Positions 34,591 through 44,629 of a stretch of 64,000 nucleotides of DNA are shown here, in pieces (within the stretch, counting starts at the first letter, position 1; each line of letters starts with the position of its first letter). A model generated the notes under the pieces. It made no database searches and had not been told where the DNA came from. It saw nothing but the letters and a program-made list of their open reading frames with translations. Both the position numbers and the translations under genes were made by a program. Source of the stretch: Candidatus Woesearchaeota archaeon (lineage in GTDB: Archaea > Nanobdellota > Nanobdellia > Woesearchaeales > JACJVW01); the NCBI GenBank assembly GCA_020637435.1, contig JACJVW010000002.1:75715-139714 (forward strand), given 5' to 3'.

Positions 34591-34662
34591 CTTTGTGTCT
34601 GCACAAATGAAATTGGTTCCAGAATACATGATTCATTTGCATTAAAGTACGAACACACAAAG
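34591..34662 (+). repeat. Nested inverted repeat containing the same GCACAAATG core
   Basis: CTTTGTGT (34591-34598) pairs with ACACAAAG (34655-34662). GCACAAATGAA (34601-34611) pairs with TTCATTTGC (34632-34640) with one bulged C. Confidence 0.55.
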
Positions 34663-34747
34663 AGGTAACACTCAGTATTCTAAAGAAGGATATCAAAAAA
34701 ATATAGAATAGACTGTAAGAGAATCACACCATAAAAAGAAAACGATT

Positions 34748-35101
34748 CTATCCAATATACAGATATCTGTACACTACCCTGTGCTTTCCTTCACCGCTGA
34801 TATAAGCACGGACCATGTATTCACCGGGTTCAACTTTTCCGTAAGTGAAATCTGCCACATAAGAAGCCACCTCATCATCAATATCATTGAGGACAACTTT
34901 TGGCAATCTGATATCCAGCTCAGGGATAGTGATACGCACAGTGACCCTGTCAATCTCTGTCTCACTTTCAATAGACATATACACAAGTCCGTTCTCTTCA
35001 TAATCTGAGTAGACTCGGTAGTGCTTTACACTGATGTCATCAAAAGCAGATGTGACCGGTATGACCAAAGCCGCAATAAGTAGTGCAAATAGTATTCTCA
35101 T
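34748..35101 (-). CDS. Secreted beta-sandwich-like protein (hypothetical)
   Basis: 117 aa with the signal peptide MRILFALLIAALVIPVTSA. Its C-terminal EPGEYMVRAYISGEGKHRVVYRYLYI is shared with the C-terminus of 35293-36021. Confidence 0.45.
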   Translation of the reverse strand: MRILFALLIAALVIPVTSAFDDISVKHYRVYSDYEENGLVYMSIESETEIDRVTVRITIPELDIRLPKVVLNDIDDEVASYVADFTYGKVEPGEYMVRAYISGEGKHRVVYRYLYIG

Positions 35102-35292
35102 GTAATCACCCCTATACTTAGTTGCACAAAGATGTTTTTACTATATAATAGTTATGTTTTTCAGTCTTTTCCATAAGGGCCCTACACTCGATTATCAGAC
35201 CCCACAGGCTCTGGGCAAGAAGGAATAGAGGCCGAAGTATTTTTAAAGGGTCTTGTATTACCTCCAGAATAGTAACATTTAGGGGGTAAAGT

Positions 35293-36021
35293 ATGAGAAC
35301 AATCATTTTCACATTCTTACTATTGATTATAACTGCCGCTTCAGCAAGTGCGCAGATACAAGCTGAGATTGAAACAAATACACTTTCTGGCTATGAATGG
35401 ACAACTCAGTTCATCTTCAAACCTATCATCAGTGGCGCTGTTTGGCCTATTAGCTATTTCTGGGACTTCGGAGACGGCAAGACCTGCTACGATGGATGCC
35501 CATCCCATTGGTATGAAGAACCAGGAGATTACACGGTAATGCTTGAAGCATGGGATGCTAACGCAGATTCAGCTACCGCATCCGTCGATATTCTCGTACA
35601 GGAGTGGGAAGAGCATGATGAAGACCAGTATCCTCTAGACACCTGTGACGAACCTAAACCGATCCCTCCAGAAGAAGAAAAGGAATACATCCCGACAGGC
35701 GACATTCACGTCGATAAACTATTCGTCGAGAACTATGACACTGGTATCGAAGCTGGTTCAGAACCGAGGATGGTCATAGGTTTCACCAACGGCGGTGATG
35801 AGGATCTTGGCAGGACAAGATTGAAGATCCATTGTTATGACCTTGAAATCTTCAGGCATATCGGTCCATTTGAGGGTCCTGACAAAGGAGATTACATGGA
35901 AAAGATGACCACTCTTCCGATTCCAGAGTACGCAGAACCGGGTATGCACACATGCAGAGTAACCATCACACCGGAATCAGGCGACAAAAGGACTTTTCAC
36001 AGAGAAATCCTTATTATTTAA
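35293..36021 (+). CDS. Secreted PKD-domain protein
   Basis: Signal peptide, then the PKD signature WDFGDGKT...EEPGDYTVMLEAWD. The C-terminal domain is paralogous to 34748-35101. Confidence 0.6.
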   Translation: MRTIIFTFLLLIITAASASAQIQAEIETNTLSGYEWTTQFIFKPIISGAVWPISYFWDFGDGKTCYDGCPSHWYEEPGDYTVMLEAWDANADSATASVDILVQEWEEHDEDQYPLDTCDEPKPIPPEEEKEYIPTGDIHVDKLFVENYDTGIEAGSEPRMVIGFTNGGDEDLGRTRLKIHCYDLEIFRHIGPFEGPDKGDYMEKMTTLPIPEYAEPGMHTCRVTITPESGDKRTFHREILII

Positions 36022-36094
36022 TTTCTAATTTAATTTCAGACGTACTGATAACTCAGCAGCAACTTTTTAATACCCGCAATCTAATAAGTCGCGT

Positions 36095-37306
36095 ATGGTT
36101 GGAAAGATTCGGATCGCACTGCTCGCACCAGAATTCCTTACACCTTGGGGAGGAGTAGGAACATACACAGTCAATCTGGCAGAAGGACTCTCCAAATACA
36201 AAGATATTGAACTGCATATCATAACACCTATGGTCCCAGGAGCAAAGAAACCAAAGCACCTAAATATCCATACCCTATCCACAGCCAACGATCAGTTCTT
36301 CTATAATCTCAAATTTCAGTTAGCCATCGGCAGGAAGTTCAAAGAGCTCCATGAACGCTACCATTTTGACCTCATCCATGCAGCCAATCTAGTCCACATG
36401 CCCGACATATTCCTAAGACTGAGGTCTTTGGATATTCCATCAGTAGTTACCATACACACGACCATCGAAGGACAGATAGGGGGTTTTATCACAAGCAACA
36501 AAAACCCTCTCAAGATGGCACCAAGCGAACTTTTCAGTATCATAGGCTATCCGTACATAGGCCTGATGCAGTACCTCTACCTCAAGAAGACCAGATTTGC
36601 TATAACCGTCTCTGAGAAGTTCAAGATAATGCTTGAACATGACCGGCGCTGCACCGCACGGATAACCGCTATACCTAACGGTCTTGATACCAGACTCTAT
36701 GGTGAGAAGATTAGCAGGGCTCAGGCGCTGAAACATTTCCCTCAGTTCAGACTCGTCAAATCACCCGTCGTACTCTATGCAGGAAGACTCATCACTCAAA
36801 AAGGCATAGACCTCTACGTCAAAAGCGTTGCTCAGATGCACAAGAAAGGCATCGACTGTTTCGCGGTCATAGCTGGAAGAGGAAATGAGGGTTATGTTCT
36901 GGATCTACTCAAAGAACACAATATACCTGAAGAGAAATACATGCTTACAGGTCACATTGAACAAAGGATGCTGCCCTACCTATACCGGCTGGCAGACATC
37001 TTCATGCTTCCCTCTTACTATGAAAACTTCCCGTATAGTCTTCTGGAAGCTATGTCCATGGGATGTAGCTGCATAGCCACTGATGTGGGGGCTGTAGATG
37101 AGATCATCAACAACAAAAATGGGTTGATAGCTCCAAAAGGAGATGCTTCGAAGTTAGCTGCTCACCTACGCGCACTCCTGACAGACCCCGCGTTGATGCA
37201 ACGCCTCTCAGAACAGGGCTCTAAAGACATACGTAAAAGATTCACAAAAGACGTGATGGTAGAGCAGACCTACCAGTATTACAAAGAGGTGCTCAACTCA
37301 TGGTAA
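36095..37306 (+). CDS. Glycosyltransferase, GT4 family
   Basis: GT-B fold. It has an N-terminal GG.G motif (TPWGGVGTY) and a C-terminal E-x7-E region (PSYYENFPYSLLEAMSMG). Confidence 0.8.
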   Translation: MVGKIRIALLAPEFLTPWGGVGTYTVNLAEGLSKYKDIELHIITPMVPGAKKPKHLNIHTLSTANDQFFYNLKFQLAIGRKFKELHERYHFDLIHAANLVHMPDIFLRLRSLDIPSVVTIHTTIEGQIGGFITSNKNPLKMAPSELFSIIGYPYIGLMQYLYLKKTRFAITVSEKFKIMLEHDRRCTARITAIPNGLDTRLYGEKISRAQALKHFPQFRLVKSPVVLYAGRLITQKGIDLYVKSVAQMHKKGIDCFAVIAGRGNEGYVLDLLKEHNIPEEKYMLTGHIEQRMLPYLYRLADIFMLPSYYENFPYSLLEAMSMGCSCIATDVGAVDEIINNKNGLIAPKGDASKLAAHLRALLTDPALMQRLSEQGSKDIRKRFTKDVMVEQTYQYYKEVLNSW

Positions 37307-38454
37307 ACATCCTTATGGTCACCTCATTCTACCCGCCCTACCATGTTGGTGGAGCATGCACGCACGTCTATTATCTCGCCAACGCGCTTGCACGCAAAGG
37401 CCATCGTGTTCATGTTCTTGCTTCCCGTGACGCGCATGCGCTTATCCGTGACCGTAAAAGATCAAGCGGTGTGTATCCCAATAGTCGCAATGTCACCGTA
37501 CATTGGATTGACTCGCCTTGGGGAAGGCTAGCTCCGCTGACTGCTTACACCACAACTGCCTTACTAGATCTACCACGTATCAAAAAGGTCCTCTCACAGA
37601 GATGGGATCTGATCCATTACCATAACTTATCACTCTTCGGACCACGCGTGATGAGATTGGGGAACGCCAAAAAAATTATGACCGCCCACGACCATTGGCT
37701 CATCTGTCCAATGAACAATTATCTAAGGAAAGGAAAAGTCTGCAGCACAGGCCCAGGCATCAGGCATTGTACAGGATGCCTTCTGGAGTATCATAGACCT
37801 CCTCAATTTTGGAGGGCGACTTCTATGCTGAAGGATGCGCTTGAGCACATCGACCGCATCATCACCCCTTCTGCATATCTCAAGGATTTTCTCCGTTCCC
37901 AAGGAATAGACCGACCTATGTCCACCATACCTAACACTGTCCCAGCGAATGTTACTAACAAAGCCGTGCAAAAAGAGGAATTCTTCTTGTTTGTAGGCAT
38001 GCTTGAAAGACCAAAAGGCATCGAGATGCTCATAGAGACTTTCAAAGCCCTGCCTCAGAAACGGCTGATCATACTTGGAGATGGATCACTGAAGCATCTG
38101 ATGCAGAACTTGCCAGAGAATATTGTCTATAAAGGGTATTTATCCGGTCAGGAGCTTAGCAATCACTATGCGAAGGCTCAAGCGCTCATTCTTCCGTCTA
38201 TCTGCCCGGAGAATTGTCCGCTGACTGTGCTCGAAGCGATGAGTCAAGGCACTCCTTCTATCGTAAGTGACCTTGGTGGCAGTAAAGAATTGGTAACCAA
38301 AGAACAGGTATTCAGAGCTGGAGATACAGCTTCTCTCACCAAAAAAATAATGGAATACAGATCACCCGGCAGAAAAAAGACCATAGATACATTCAAGCGA
38401 TTCAATGAAGAAAACTACATTCGTTTATACGAAAAACTGCTTAAGGACCTCTGA
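37300..38454 (+). CDS. Glycosyltransferase, GT4 family
   Basis: YPPYHVGGACTHVYYLA and PSICPENCPLTVLEAMSQGTP. It overlaps the previous GT by 7 nt. Confidence 0.8.
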   Translation: MVNILMVTSFYPPYHVGGACTHVYYLANALARKGHRVHVLASRDAHALIRDRKRSSGVYPNSRNVTVHWIDSPWGRLAPLTAYTTTALLDLPRIKKVLSQRWDLIHYHNLSLFGPRVMRLGNAKKIMTAHDHWLICPMNNYLRKGKVCSTGPGIRHCTGCLLEYHRPPQFWRATSMLKDALEHIDRIITPSAYLKDFLRSQGIDRPMSTIPNTVPANVTNKAVQKEEFFLFVGMLERPKGIEMLIETFKALPQKRLIILGDGSLKHLMQNLPENIVYKGYLSGQELSNHYAKAQALILPSICPENCPLTVLEAMSQGTPSIVSDLGGSKELVTKEQVFRAGDTASLTKKIMEYRSPGRKKTIDTFKRFNEENYIRLYEKLLKDL

Positions 38455-39530
38455 ATAGAGTCAAACAGGCTCATGCTTGCTTTGTGCAATAAAGGCACGT
38501 TAAGAAGGATTTCTCTTAAACGAAAATAGACAAGACCTGACATGTACAATAGCGGATGATTGTAGATTCGCAATCCTATGTTCCTGGTGACTGTATTGGA
38601 CAACTGTTTTTTATAAGACTCAGCCCCCCGGCTAAAATCTATCAAAGCAACTTTGTCCTGATAGTGATAGATAATCTGCTTCAGCAACAGTCTACCAGGA
38701 TGATACTTTGTCCATCTTTCATCATATGCATGGGAGTAGATGATAAATCTGCCTTTAAACTGGAAACCGAGCAGCACCGCTATAGGTTTATCATCGATGT
38801 CAAGACTGAAGAGAGCAAGCTGTTTTGAAGCCAGCGCATGTTGGCATGCAATCCGAAGAAAATTTGAATTCCTGGAATCAGAGAACATGCTTCCATCATC
38901 CGCACCCCATCTCTTATTAAGAAACCTTACGAGATAGGAAATCTTATCATTGATACTCGCTGCATTCCCTGCAAAACTGATGGAGATTCGTCCTTGATTG
39001 CGCAGACGCTTCATCGTAGTGAATGTGTTTCGGATGTCATAAGCTTCATCATTCGCAGCACCGATCTCCATATGGTAGCAGGAGAACATCTTGTACGTAC
39101 TAAACGGCATCCTCAGGTTACGCAAAGCGGACGGCAAAGTCAAGAATGTCTCGGAGGAACTATTGATCTCTCGCAGGTCACAGACATCCCACTTCCCTCT
39201 ATGATGATGAATGTGCGTAAGGAATGCTTCATACACATCATCGCCTGTCGCGAGAATGTCACCGTAATCACTTAGTCCAGTACCTATGAACTGAAGCAAT
39301 CGATACGAGAATCCCGGCAGACCCTGTTTACATATCATAAGTGGCGCAACACCTACAAGACGGTCATCTTCAAACGCTCCCAGAATATAAGGTTCTCCAA
39401 GGTCATCATGATCTTCCAACCAGGAGAGGATCCAATCACTGGTGCAGAAGAAATTTTCCTGCTCAAGCGCCAAGTCATCCCACTCCTCAAAGTAAGGAGT
39501 GATATCTGCAAGTTCACGGATCTCAATCAT
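38415..39530 (-). CDS. CelD/BcsL-like GNAT-fold acyltransferase (Acetyltransf_6-like)
   Basis: 371 aa. It has the W..L........S..W...W......P.I......LVGVAPL...R.LQFIG....DY.DIL pattern and is a paralog of 49280-50284. Confidence 0.55.
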   Translation of the reverse strand: MIEIRELADITPYFEEWDDLALEQENFFCTSDWILSWLEDHDDLGEPYILGAFEDDRLVGVAPLMICKQGLPGFSYRLLQFIGTGLSDYGDILATGDDVYEAFLTHIHHHRGKWDVCDLREINSSSETFLTLPSALRNLRMPFSTYKMFSCYHMEIGAANDEAYDIRNTFTTMKRLRNQGRISISFAGNAASINDKISYLVRFLNKRWGADDGSMFSDSRNSNFLRIACQHALASKQLALFSLDIDDKPIAVLLGFQFKGRFIIYSHAYDERWTKYHPGRLLLKQIIYHYQDKVALIDFSRGAESYKKQLSNTVTRNIGLRIYNHPLLYMSGLVYFRLREILLNVPLLHKASMSLFDSIQRSLSSFSYKRM

Positions 39531-40550
39531 CTACAAAAACCTCTTTATATAACCCTGTAGAAACGTATCGACACCAAGAGCCTGTAGTCTGAACATGCTT
39601 AGATTATGTTGTATGTTGACGCCTTTCCTGTTGATGATAAACGGTGCAGATATGCGATAGTCATTTTCTCTGTAGAGCGTCGTAAGTATGAACCTTATAC
39701 CTTTGTGGTGCAAATAAGCATCCAAATCTGAGGACATGTCTGCCTTCTTCCCGTTTGGATATGTAAAGATCGTCACTCTATTGCCAGTCTCACGTTCGAT
39801 CTTTCGAACCGAATCCATAGCTTCTTTTTTAGCTTCAGCAAGAGGGATCTTAGTCATGATAGGATGATTTACAGTGTGAGCAGACAAGGTGATACCATGT
39901 AAGTTTCGCACCTCATCCCAGGTCATGCTGACGCGCTCCTCCGGCAATACCACACCAAGCTCGTTTGAGAGCGATTCAAGAAAAGGGCGTTTCTTTTTCT
40001 CAGTGAGCGTCTTCATATACTTGGTTATCTTTCGAAGCGCTCGCTTATGATCCTTTAGTTCGATCTCCGTAGCTTCAACCTTAATCGAATCCTTCGTAGT
40101 CTTACCAAGCACATAGCTTAATTGGTCCCACCACATAAGCCTCTTGTGTCCTACAAAACCAGTGGAAAGGGCGAATGTGCAGGGAATTTTGTACTTCTTA
40201 AGTATGGGATAAGCCACATCATGATTATCCTTATACCCATCATCAAATGTGACAAGCACAGCATGTTTGGGAGCACTTTTTTTTCCGCTTAGTATATCAT
40301 CCAATTCATCAAAAGATATCAGATTGCAGTGTTCTGCAAGAAAGCGCATCTGCGCATCGAATGTTTTGCTGGTTCCCCCATAGACATCCGGAAAGTATTC
40401 GATACTCTCTTTATCCTTGGCGATACGATGATACATAAGCACAGTGAAGCGTGGAGACATGTTATTATGAAGCAGTCTACCTAAGCCTGAATACCAGATG
40501 AGTGAGGCTGCAAGATTCTGTGCTGTCCGGACCAGTCCCATATCGAACAA
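39531..40550 (-). CDS. Polysaccharide deacetylase (CE4)
   Basis: VLVTFDDGYKDNHDVAYPILKKYKIPCTFAL and LSAHTVNHP are CE4 NodB motifs. Confidence 0.8.
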   Translation of the reverse strand: MFDMGLVRTAQNLAASLIWYSGLGRLLHNNMSPRFTVLMYHRIAKDKESIEYFPDVYGGTSKTFDAQMRFLAEHCNLISFDELDDILSGKKSAPKHAVLVTFDDGYKDNHDVAYPILKKYKIPCTFALSTGFVGHKRLMWWDQLSYVLGKTTKDSIKVEATEIELKDHKRALRKITKYMKTLTEKKKRPFLESLSNELGVVLPEERVSMTWDEVRNLHGITLSAHTVNHPIMTKIPLAEAKKEAMDSVRKIERETGNRVTIFTYPNGKKADMSSDLDAYLHHKGIRFILTTLYRENDYRISAPFIINRKGVNIQHNLSMFRLQALGVDTFLQGYIKRFL

Positions 40551-40652
40551 TCAATCAGGGACCATTTATAAATATTTCGTCATTAAAGAGTGGTAAAAGT
40601 AAGTTAGTCAATAAACAGATATTTAATAAAGCGATTTTGCTTAAAAAGCCCC

Positions 40653-41672
40653 ATGAAAAAGAAGCTGTTGATCGTATCGACCCTTATTCCACCGGTCGTA
40701 GGTGGCGCTGAGAAGATCGCTGCATCGCATGCAGCACTTCTCGCCAGGAGATTCGATGTGCATCTGCTTACTCTTTCACCCCATCCTGATCCGATACCGG
40801 GTGTCAAGATACACTCACTACCACAAAAACCTTTACCGACCCTCTATTATTCATTCCAAGGAAAATCTGTAATTGATAGTCTTTTGGAGAGGGAGCATTT
40901 TGATTACATCCATTCACACATGGCACTGCCATGGGGATACGTTCTGCGAAACGCAAAAGCCAAAAAAGTCATTACTCTGCATGGTTGCGAATACATCCAT
41001 AAGGACTTGCTCCACTATGTATTTGTCAAGCAGGCATTCAAGCACGCTGATGCAGTCATTTCGCCAAGCAGTTGGCTAGCAGAATACGTAGAAAATAGGT
41101 ATGGTCAGAACTGTATAGTCATCCCAAACGGCATCGACACAAAAATATTCAGAAGACTAAGCACGTACAGATCTGCACATACCGTATTTTATGCAGGTAG
41201 ATTGCTGCGCGAGAAAGGGATCCTTGAACTGTTAGAATGTGCTAAAAGGTTTCCAGAAATAAACTTCAGGTTTGCAGGTATGGGCCCCCTTGAGCCGTCC
41301 ATCGACCTGGATAATACCGAACTGCTCGGCACACTTAGCCCAGAAGGACTAGTAAAAGAATATAACAAAGCCACGGTGTGCATCTTCCCATCCTATAGGG
41401 AGAATTATCCTACAGTCGCTTTGGAGGCGCTCTCATGCGGTGCGCCCGTTATCGCCTCCAGGACCGGGTTCTCTGAGATAGTTGAACATGAACGCACTGG
41501 ACTCATCCTTGATACTGTGGCGCCTGATGAGATAGAGCGTGCACTGGATAGGTTGCTTACGGACAAAAAGCTCCAGCGTCGTTTCGCCAAAGACATACCA
41601 AAAAAAGCTCAACGCTTCAGTGCGAAAGCCATGGCCGATGATTACGCCAAAGTGTATGCTTCGTTGCGATAG
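40653..41672 (+). CDS. Glycosyltransferase, GT4 family
   Basis: PPVVGGAEK at the N-terminus and FPSYRENYPTVALEALSCGAPVIAS at the C-terminus. Confidence 0.8.
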   Translation: MKKKLLIVSTLIPPVVGGAEKIAASHAALLARRFDVHLLTLSPHPDPIPGVKIHSLPQKPLPTLYYSFQGKSVIDSLLEREHFDYIHSHMALPWGYVLRNAKAKKVITLHGCEYIHKDLLHYVFVKQAFKHADAVISPSSWLAEYVENRYGQNCIVIPNGIDTKIFRRLSTYRSAHTVFYAGRLLREKGILELLECAKRFPEINFRFAGMGPLEPSIDLDNTELLGTLSPEGLVKEYNKATVCIFPSYRENYPTVALEALSCGAPVIASRTGFSEIVEHERTGLILDTVAPDEIERALDRLLTDKKLQRRFAKDIPKKAQRFSAKAMADDYAKVYASLR

Positions 41673-43360
41673 ATCTGTACTTCCCCGTTATCATACACAA
41701 GTTCTACACTGCTCTCCTCAAGAGTACTTCTGTATTGATCTGAAAGTGGTTGACCGAGCAGAAAGCTCTCAAGTCGGTACATATCATCATATACGACAAT
41801 ATACTCGATCTTGTCAGTCTTTTCAGTATGTTGATAATAGCCGAATGTATATGCTTCGCTCAGGAAATTATTGATGCTTTTAGGATCACTCAGTGAGAAG
41901 AAATCTCGCGCAAACCCTTCTGTAAGAACATGGTATCTGAAATGTCCCCCGTAAATATCGAACACAGTGATATCACCAAGTATGAAAGCATCCGTCCTGT
42001 CATGCTCAGCAAGCCAAACCGCAGAAGCATACAACGCCTCATCCTTAACATCTCTAAATTCAAGTACGACAGGCGCATCCCTGCTCGCCAGAGCGGCACC
42101 ATAACCAAGAGTTACGCTTCCTGCAACATAGATGATGAACAGACCCGCCAGTACATAGCGAAGGTAAGTATCATCTTTTAGCAACATGACAGTCTGAGTC
42201 GCATGGAGGATGATAGGCAAGCTGACCAGCCAAAAGACAATGTGAGCAATGACCACCCAACTGGTACTCAGCAGTACGATGCTGATGCAGTATCCTCCAA
42301 GACCTATCAAGGTAAGATAACCAAGGAAAGAATGCGCTCTGGTACGAAGAATATGATAGATGCTGTATAAGCTCAAAAGGAGTAGACCTATCTGTGAACT
42401 GATGACAAGCGCGGTCTCAAACCAGGTATTGATATGGACCGTCTCGCCGATGACCTCTGAACTCCCGGTAAGGAATGAAGCAAGGACACCAACAAGATAC
42501 GCAAGATCTTTCTCTACAAGGACATGTGCAAATCCGTAGTTCCAGAGCATGATGAGTGACATATAGTATGCCAGATAGATCAGCTGATGACCCTTGTCCC
42601 TGACAAATAGGATAGAGCCACCTATGAAAATCGCGTAAAGATATGAAACGCTGTGATCAGCAAGTACGATGAGCGGTGATATGATGTACAGCATCATTAG
42701 AAGACGTCTCTTATGTTCACGAAAATACCGGATCATGATGATAAGGGCGAAGATTACGATGATGGCTGCGATAAACCTTCGAGATATGCTCATGAAGAAT
42801 AGACGTGGCGAAAAAAGGAAGATGACCATTGAGATGAACGCATGCTCAGGATCCTTCACAAGATTTTTTATGATTGCATAGACACCAAGAACAAACACTA
42901 CACGCAGCATGAAGATAAAAATGTATTTTGATAGGAAGAATGGTGACAACCCTGTAGCTTCGCTTAGGAAAGCGAGCGTCAGATGCATGACAGGATTATA
43001 CCCGTAGTAGTTCTCAGCGAATCCAGCCCCAAGAGTGGGATCCCACAATCCTTCTTCAGCGAAGATCTCAGCAAGCTGAGACTCAAAGATTTCATCCCTC
43101 TCAAGATTCCATATATCTGCATAGGTAAACACTGATACAAACGTTAGACCTATTTCAGCAAGGACGATCGCATAAATTTTCCATTCCTTTTTCGCAAAAC
43201 TAAGCGTATGCAAAGCAAGTCCGATGATAAGGAACCAAAAGAGGAATACCGGAGCACCTTCTGTGCGCGAGATGGAGAACACGAGCAGTGTAAGGACTAG
43301 GAGAAATTGTGTGATAACCGGCCCCATTACGGACCATCCAGGAATCTTCACACTGCTCAT
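41642..43360 (-). CDS. Polytopic membrane protein, O-antigen-polymerase or GT-C-like, with a soluble C-terminal domain
   Basis: About 12 TM helices plus a ~150-aa C-terminal domain. I chose the ATG at 43360, which overlaps the flippase stop (ATGA). The longer ORF to 43543 would overlap the flippase gene by ~190 nt. Confidence 0.45.
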   Translation of the reverse strand: MSSVKIPGWSVMGPVITQFLLVLTLLVFSISRTEGAPVFLFWFLIIGLALHTLSFAKKEWKIYAIVLAEIGLTFVSVFTYADIWNLERDEIFESQLAEIFAEEGLWDPTLGAGFAENYYGYNPVMHLTLAFLSEATGLSPFFLSKYIFIFMLRVVFVLGVYAIIKNLVKDPEHAFISMVIFLFSPRLFFMSISRRFIAAIIVIFALIIMIRYFREHKRRLLMMLYIISPLIVLADHSVSYLYAIFIGGSILFVRDKGHQLIYLAYYMSLIMLWNYGFAHVLVEKDLAYLVGVLASFLTGSSEVIGETVHINTWFETALVISSQIGLLLLSLYSIYHILRTRAHSFLGYLTLIGLGGYCISIVLLSTSWVVIAHIVFWLVSLPIILHATQTVMLLKDDTYLRYVLAGLFIIYVAGSVTLGYGAALASRDAPVVLEFRDVKDEALYASAVWLAEHDRTDAFILGDITVFDIYGGHFRYHVLTEGFARDFFSLSDPKSINNFLSEAYTFGYYQHTEKTDKIEYIVVYDDMYRLESFLLGQPLSDQYRSTLEESSVELVYDNGEVQIYRNEAYTLA

Positions 43361-44580
43361 GATCTCACCATGATGATCGTTCTGTATAGTGTCACAACTG
43401 CTACAAGCCCGTGTCCTAAAAGCCAGGCGTAGCCGACATAGATAAGGCCATACGGAAGCCACAAGACACACAGGATTAGTATGATAGAACTGATGGCAAA
43501 CTGAGTGATAGCTACTTGCACTACTTTCTTCTTGATATTGCACATTGTCATATAGATAGCATTCACACTTTCAGGTAGCATGGCCAAAGCGAAGAGAAAG
43601 AGCAAAGTCGCCGCATCATCTGCATAATTCTTTCCAAAAATATGCAGCAGCAATTCCCCAAAGAAGTAGAGGAATACTACTCCACTGATGAGCAATGGAT
43701 ACAAAACCAGTACAGCTCTCCCCAGGCTTCTCTTCATAGTCGAGACCCTGGCCTGAGATAGCATAGGGATAGTGATAGCGTTAGTCGCAAATCCAAGCAA
43801 ACCTGCGATCATCCAGGTGATATAGTAGTACGCTGATTGCTCTGCATCAAGTATTACTGCTATGATAAAAGGTAGCAGTAGTCGCGGAAGCATCTCAAAG
43901 AATTGAGCCAGATAATTGGCAAAGCCGTAAGGCATGATATGTGTGAGCACATCGATATGCAAAGTCAATCTAAAACGGGGGAGCATCGCAAGACCTATGA
44001 GCAAAGCGAATGCAGCACTGATCGTCCATGCGAGGTAGATGCCAAAACCGCTCCAGGATATGAGCAGGAACAGCAGACAGATCTTAAGCACACTGAAGAC
44101 CAGATTCTTTAATGCAAGTCTGGAAGATTCGTTGCGTGCGATAAATATTGAGTCTATCAATAAGAACAATGAATAGACGACGCTAAGCACGACGAACATT
44201 GACTGCGTCAAGATGGTATGGAATAGGAATGCCTGACCGCTAAGTAGCATATAGACAGTAAATATCGTCGCAATGACAAATGACATGATTGCCGTCATGC
44301 TTAAGGTCGTACCGATGATCCGGCTTTTAAGCTTCACACGTGGCAGAAAATAGATCATCGCAACATTAAGTCCAAGAAATGAAGCTATAGCGATAAGCTC
44401 CATGGCTGAGATGATGATAGTCGCATGACCTACATCATCAGCAGACAATGAACGGGCAGCCAATGTCCAGAAGATGAATCCTAAACCAGCGGTAAGCACA
44501 GAGTTGGACATAAGCCAGAACGATTCCCGATAGTGTTCATGGCGCTCTAATCTTGACCTGATCCATGCTAAGTAGTCCAT
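43357..44580 (-). CDS. Polysaccharide flippase (Wzx/MOP superfamily)
   Basis: 407 aa with about 12 TM helices. The N-terminal NSVLTAGLGFIFWTLAAR pattern is typical of polysaccharide biosynthesis (Polysacc_synt) proteins. Confidence 0.65.
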   Translation of the reverse strand: MDYLAWIRSRLERHEHYRESFWLMSNSVLTAGLGFIFWTLAARSLSADDVGHATIIISAMELIAIASFLGLNVAMIYFLPRVKLKSRIIGTTLSMTAIMSFVIATIFTVYMLLSGQAFLFHTILTQSMFVVLSVVYSLFLLIDSIFIARNESSRLALKNLVFSVLKICLLFLLISWSGFGIYLAWTISAAFALLIGLAMLPRFRLTLHIDVLTHIMPYGFANYLAQFFEMLPRLLLPFIIAVILDAEQSAYYYITWMIAGLLGFATNAITIPMLSQARVSTMKRSLGRAVLVLYPLLISGVVFLYFFGELLLHIFGKNYADDAATLLFLFALAMLPESVNAIYMTMCNIKKKVVQVAITQFAISSIILILCVLWLPYGLIYVGYAWLLGHGLVAVVTLYRTIIMVRS

Positions 44581-44629
44581 ATAGCTAACTCCTGGCTGCC
44601 AATAGGCAAATTGTCATCACACAATAGGG

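Noticed and set aside
43361-43543. N-terminal extension of the polytopic membrane protein ORF, and similarly 5520-5621 for the 4830 ORF.
   Set aside because: The extensions overlap the upstream genes by 100-190 nt and are Cys/His/Arg-rich with no TM character. Internal ATGs give the canonical ATGA or 1-nt coupling.
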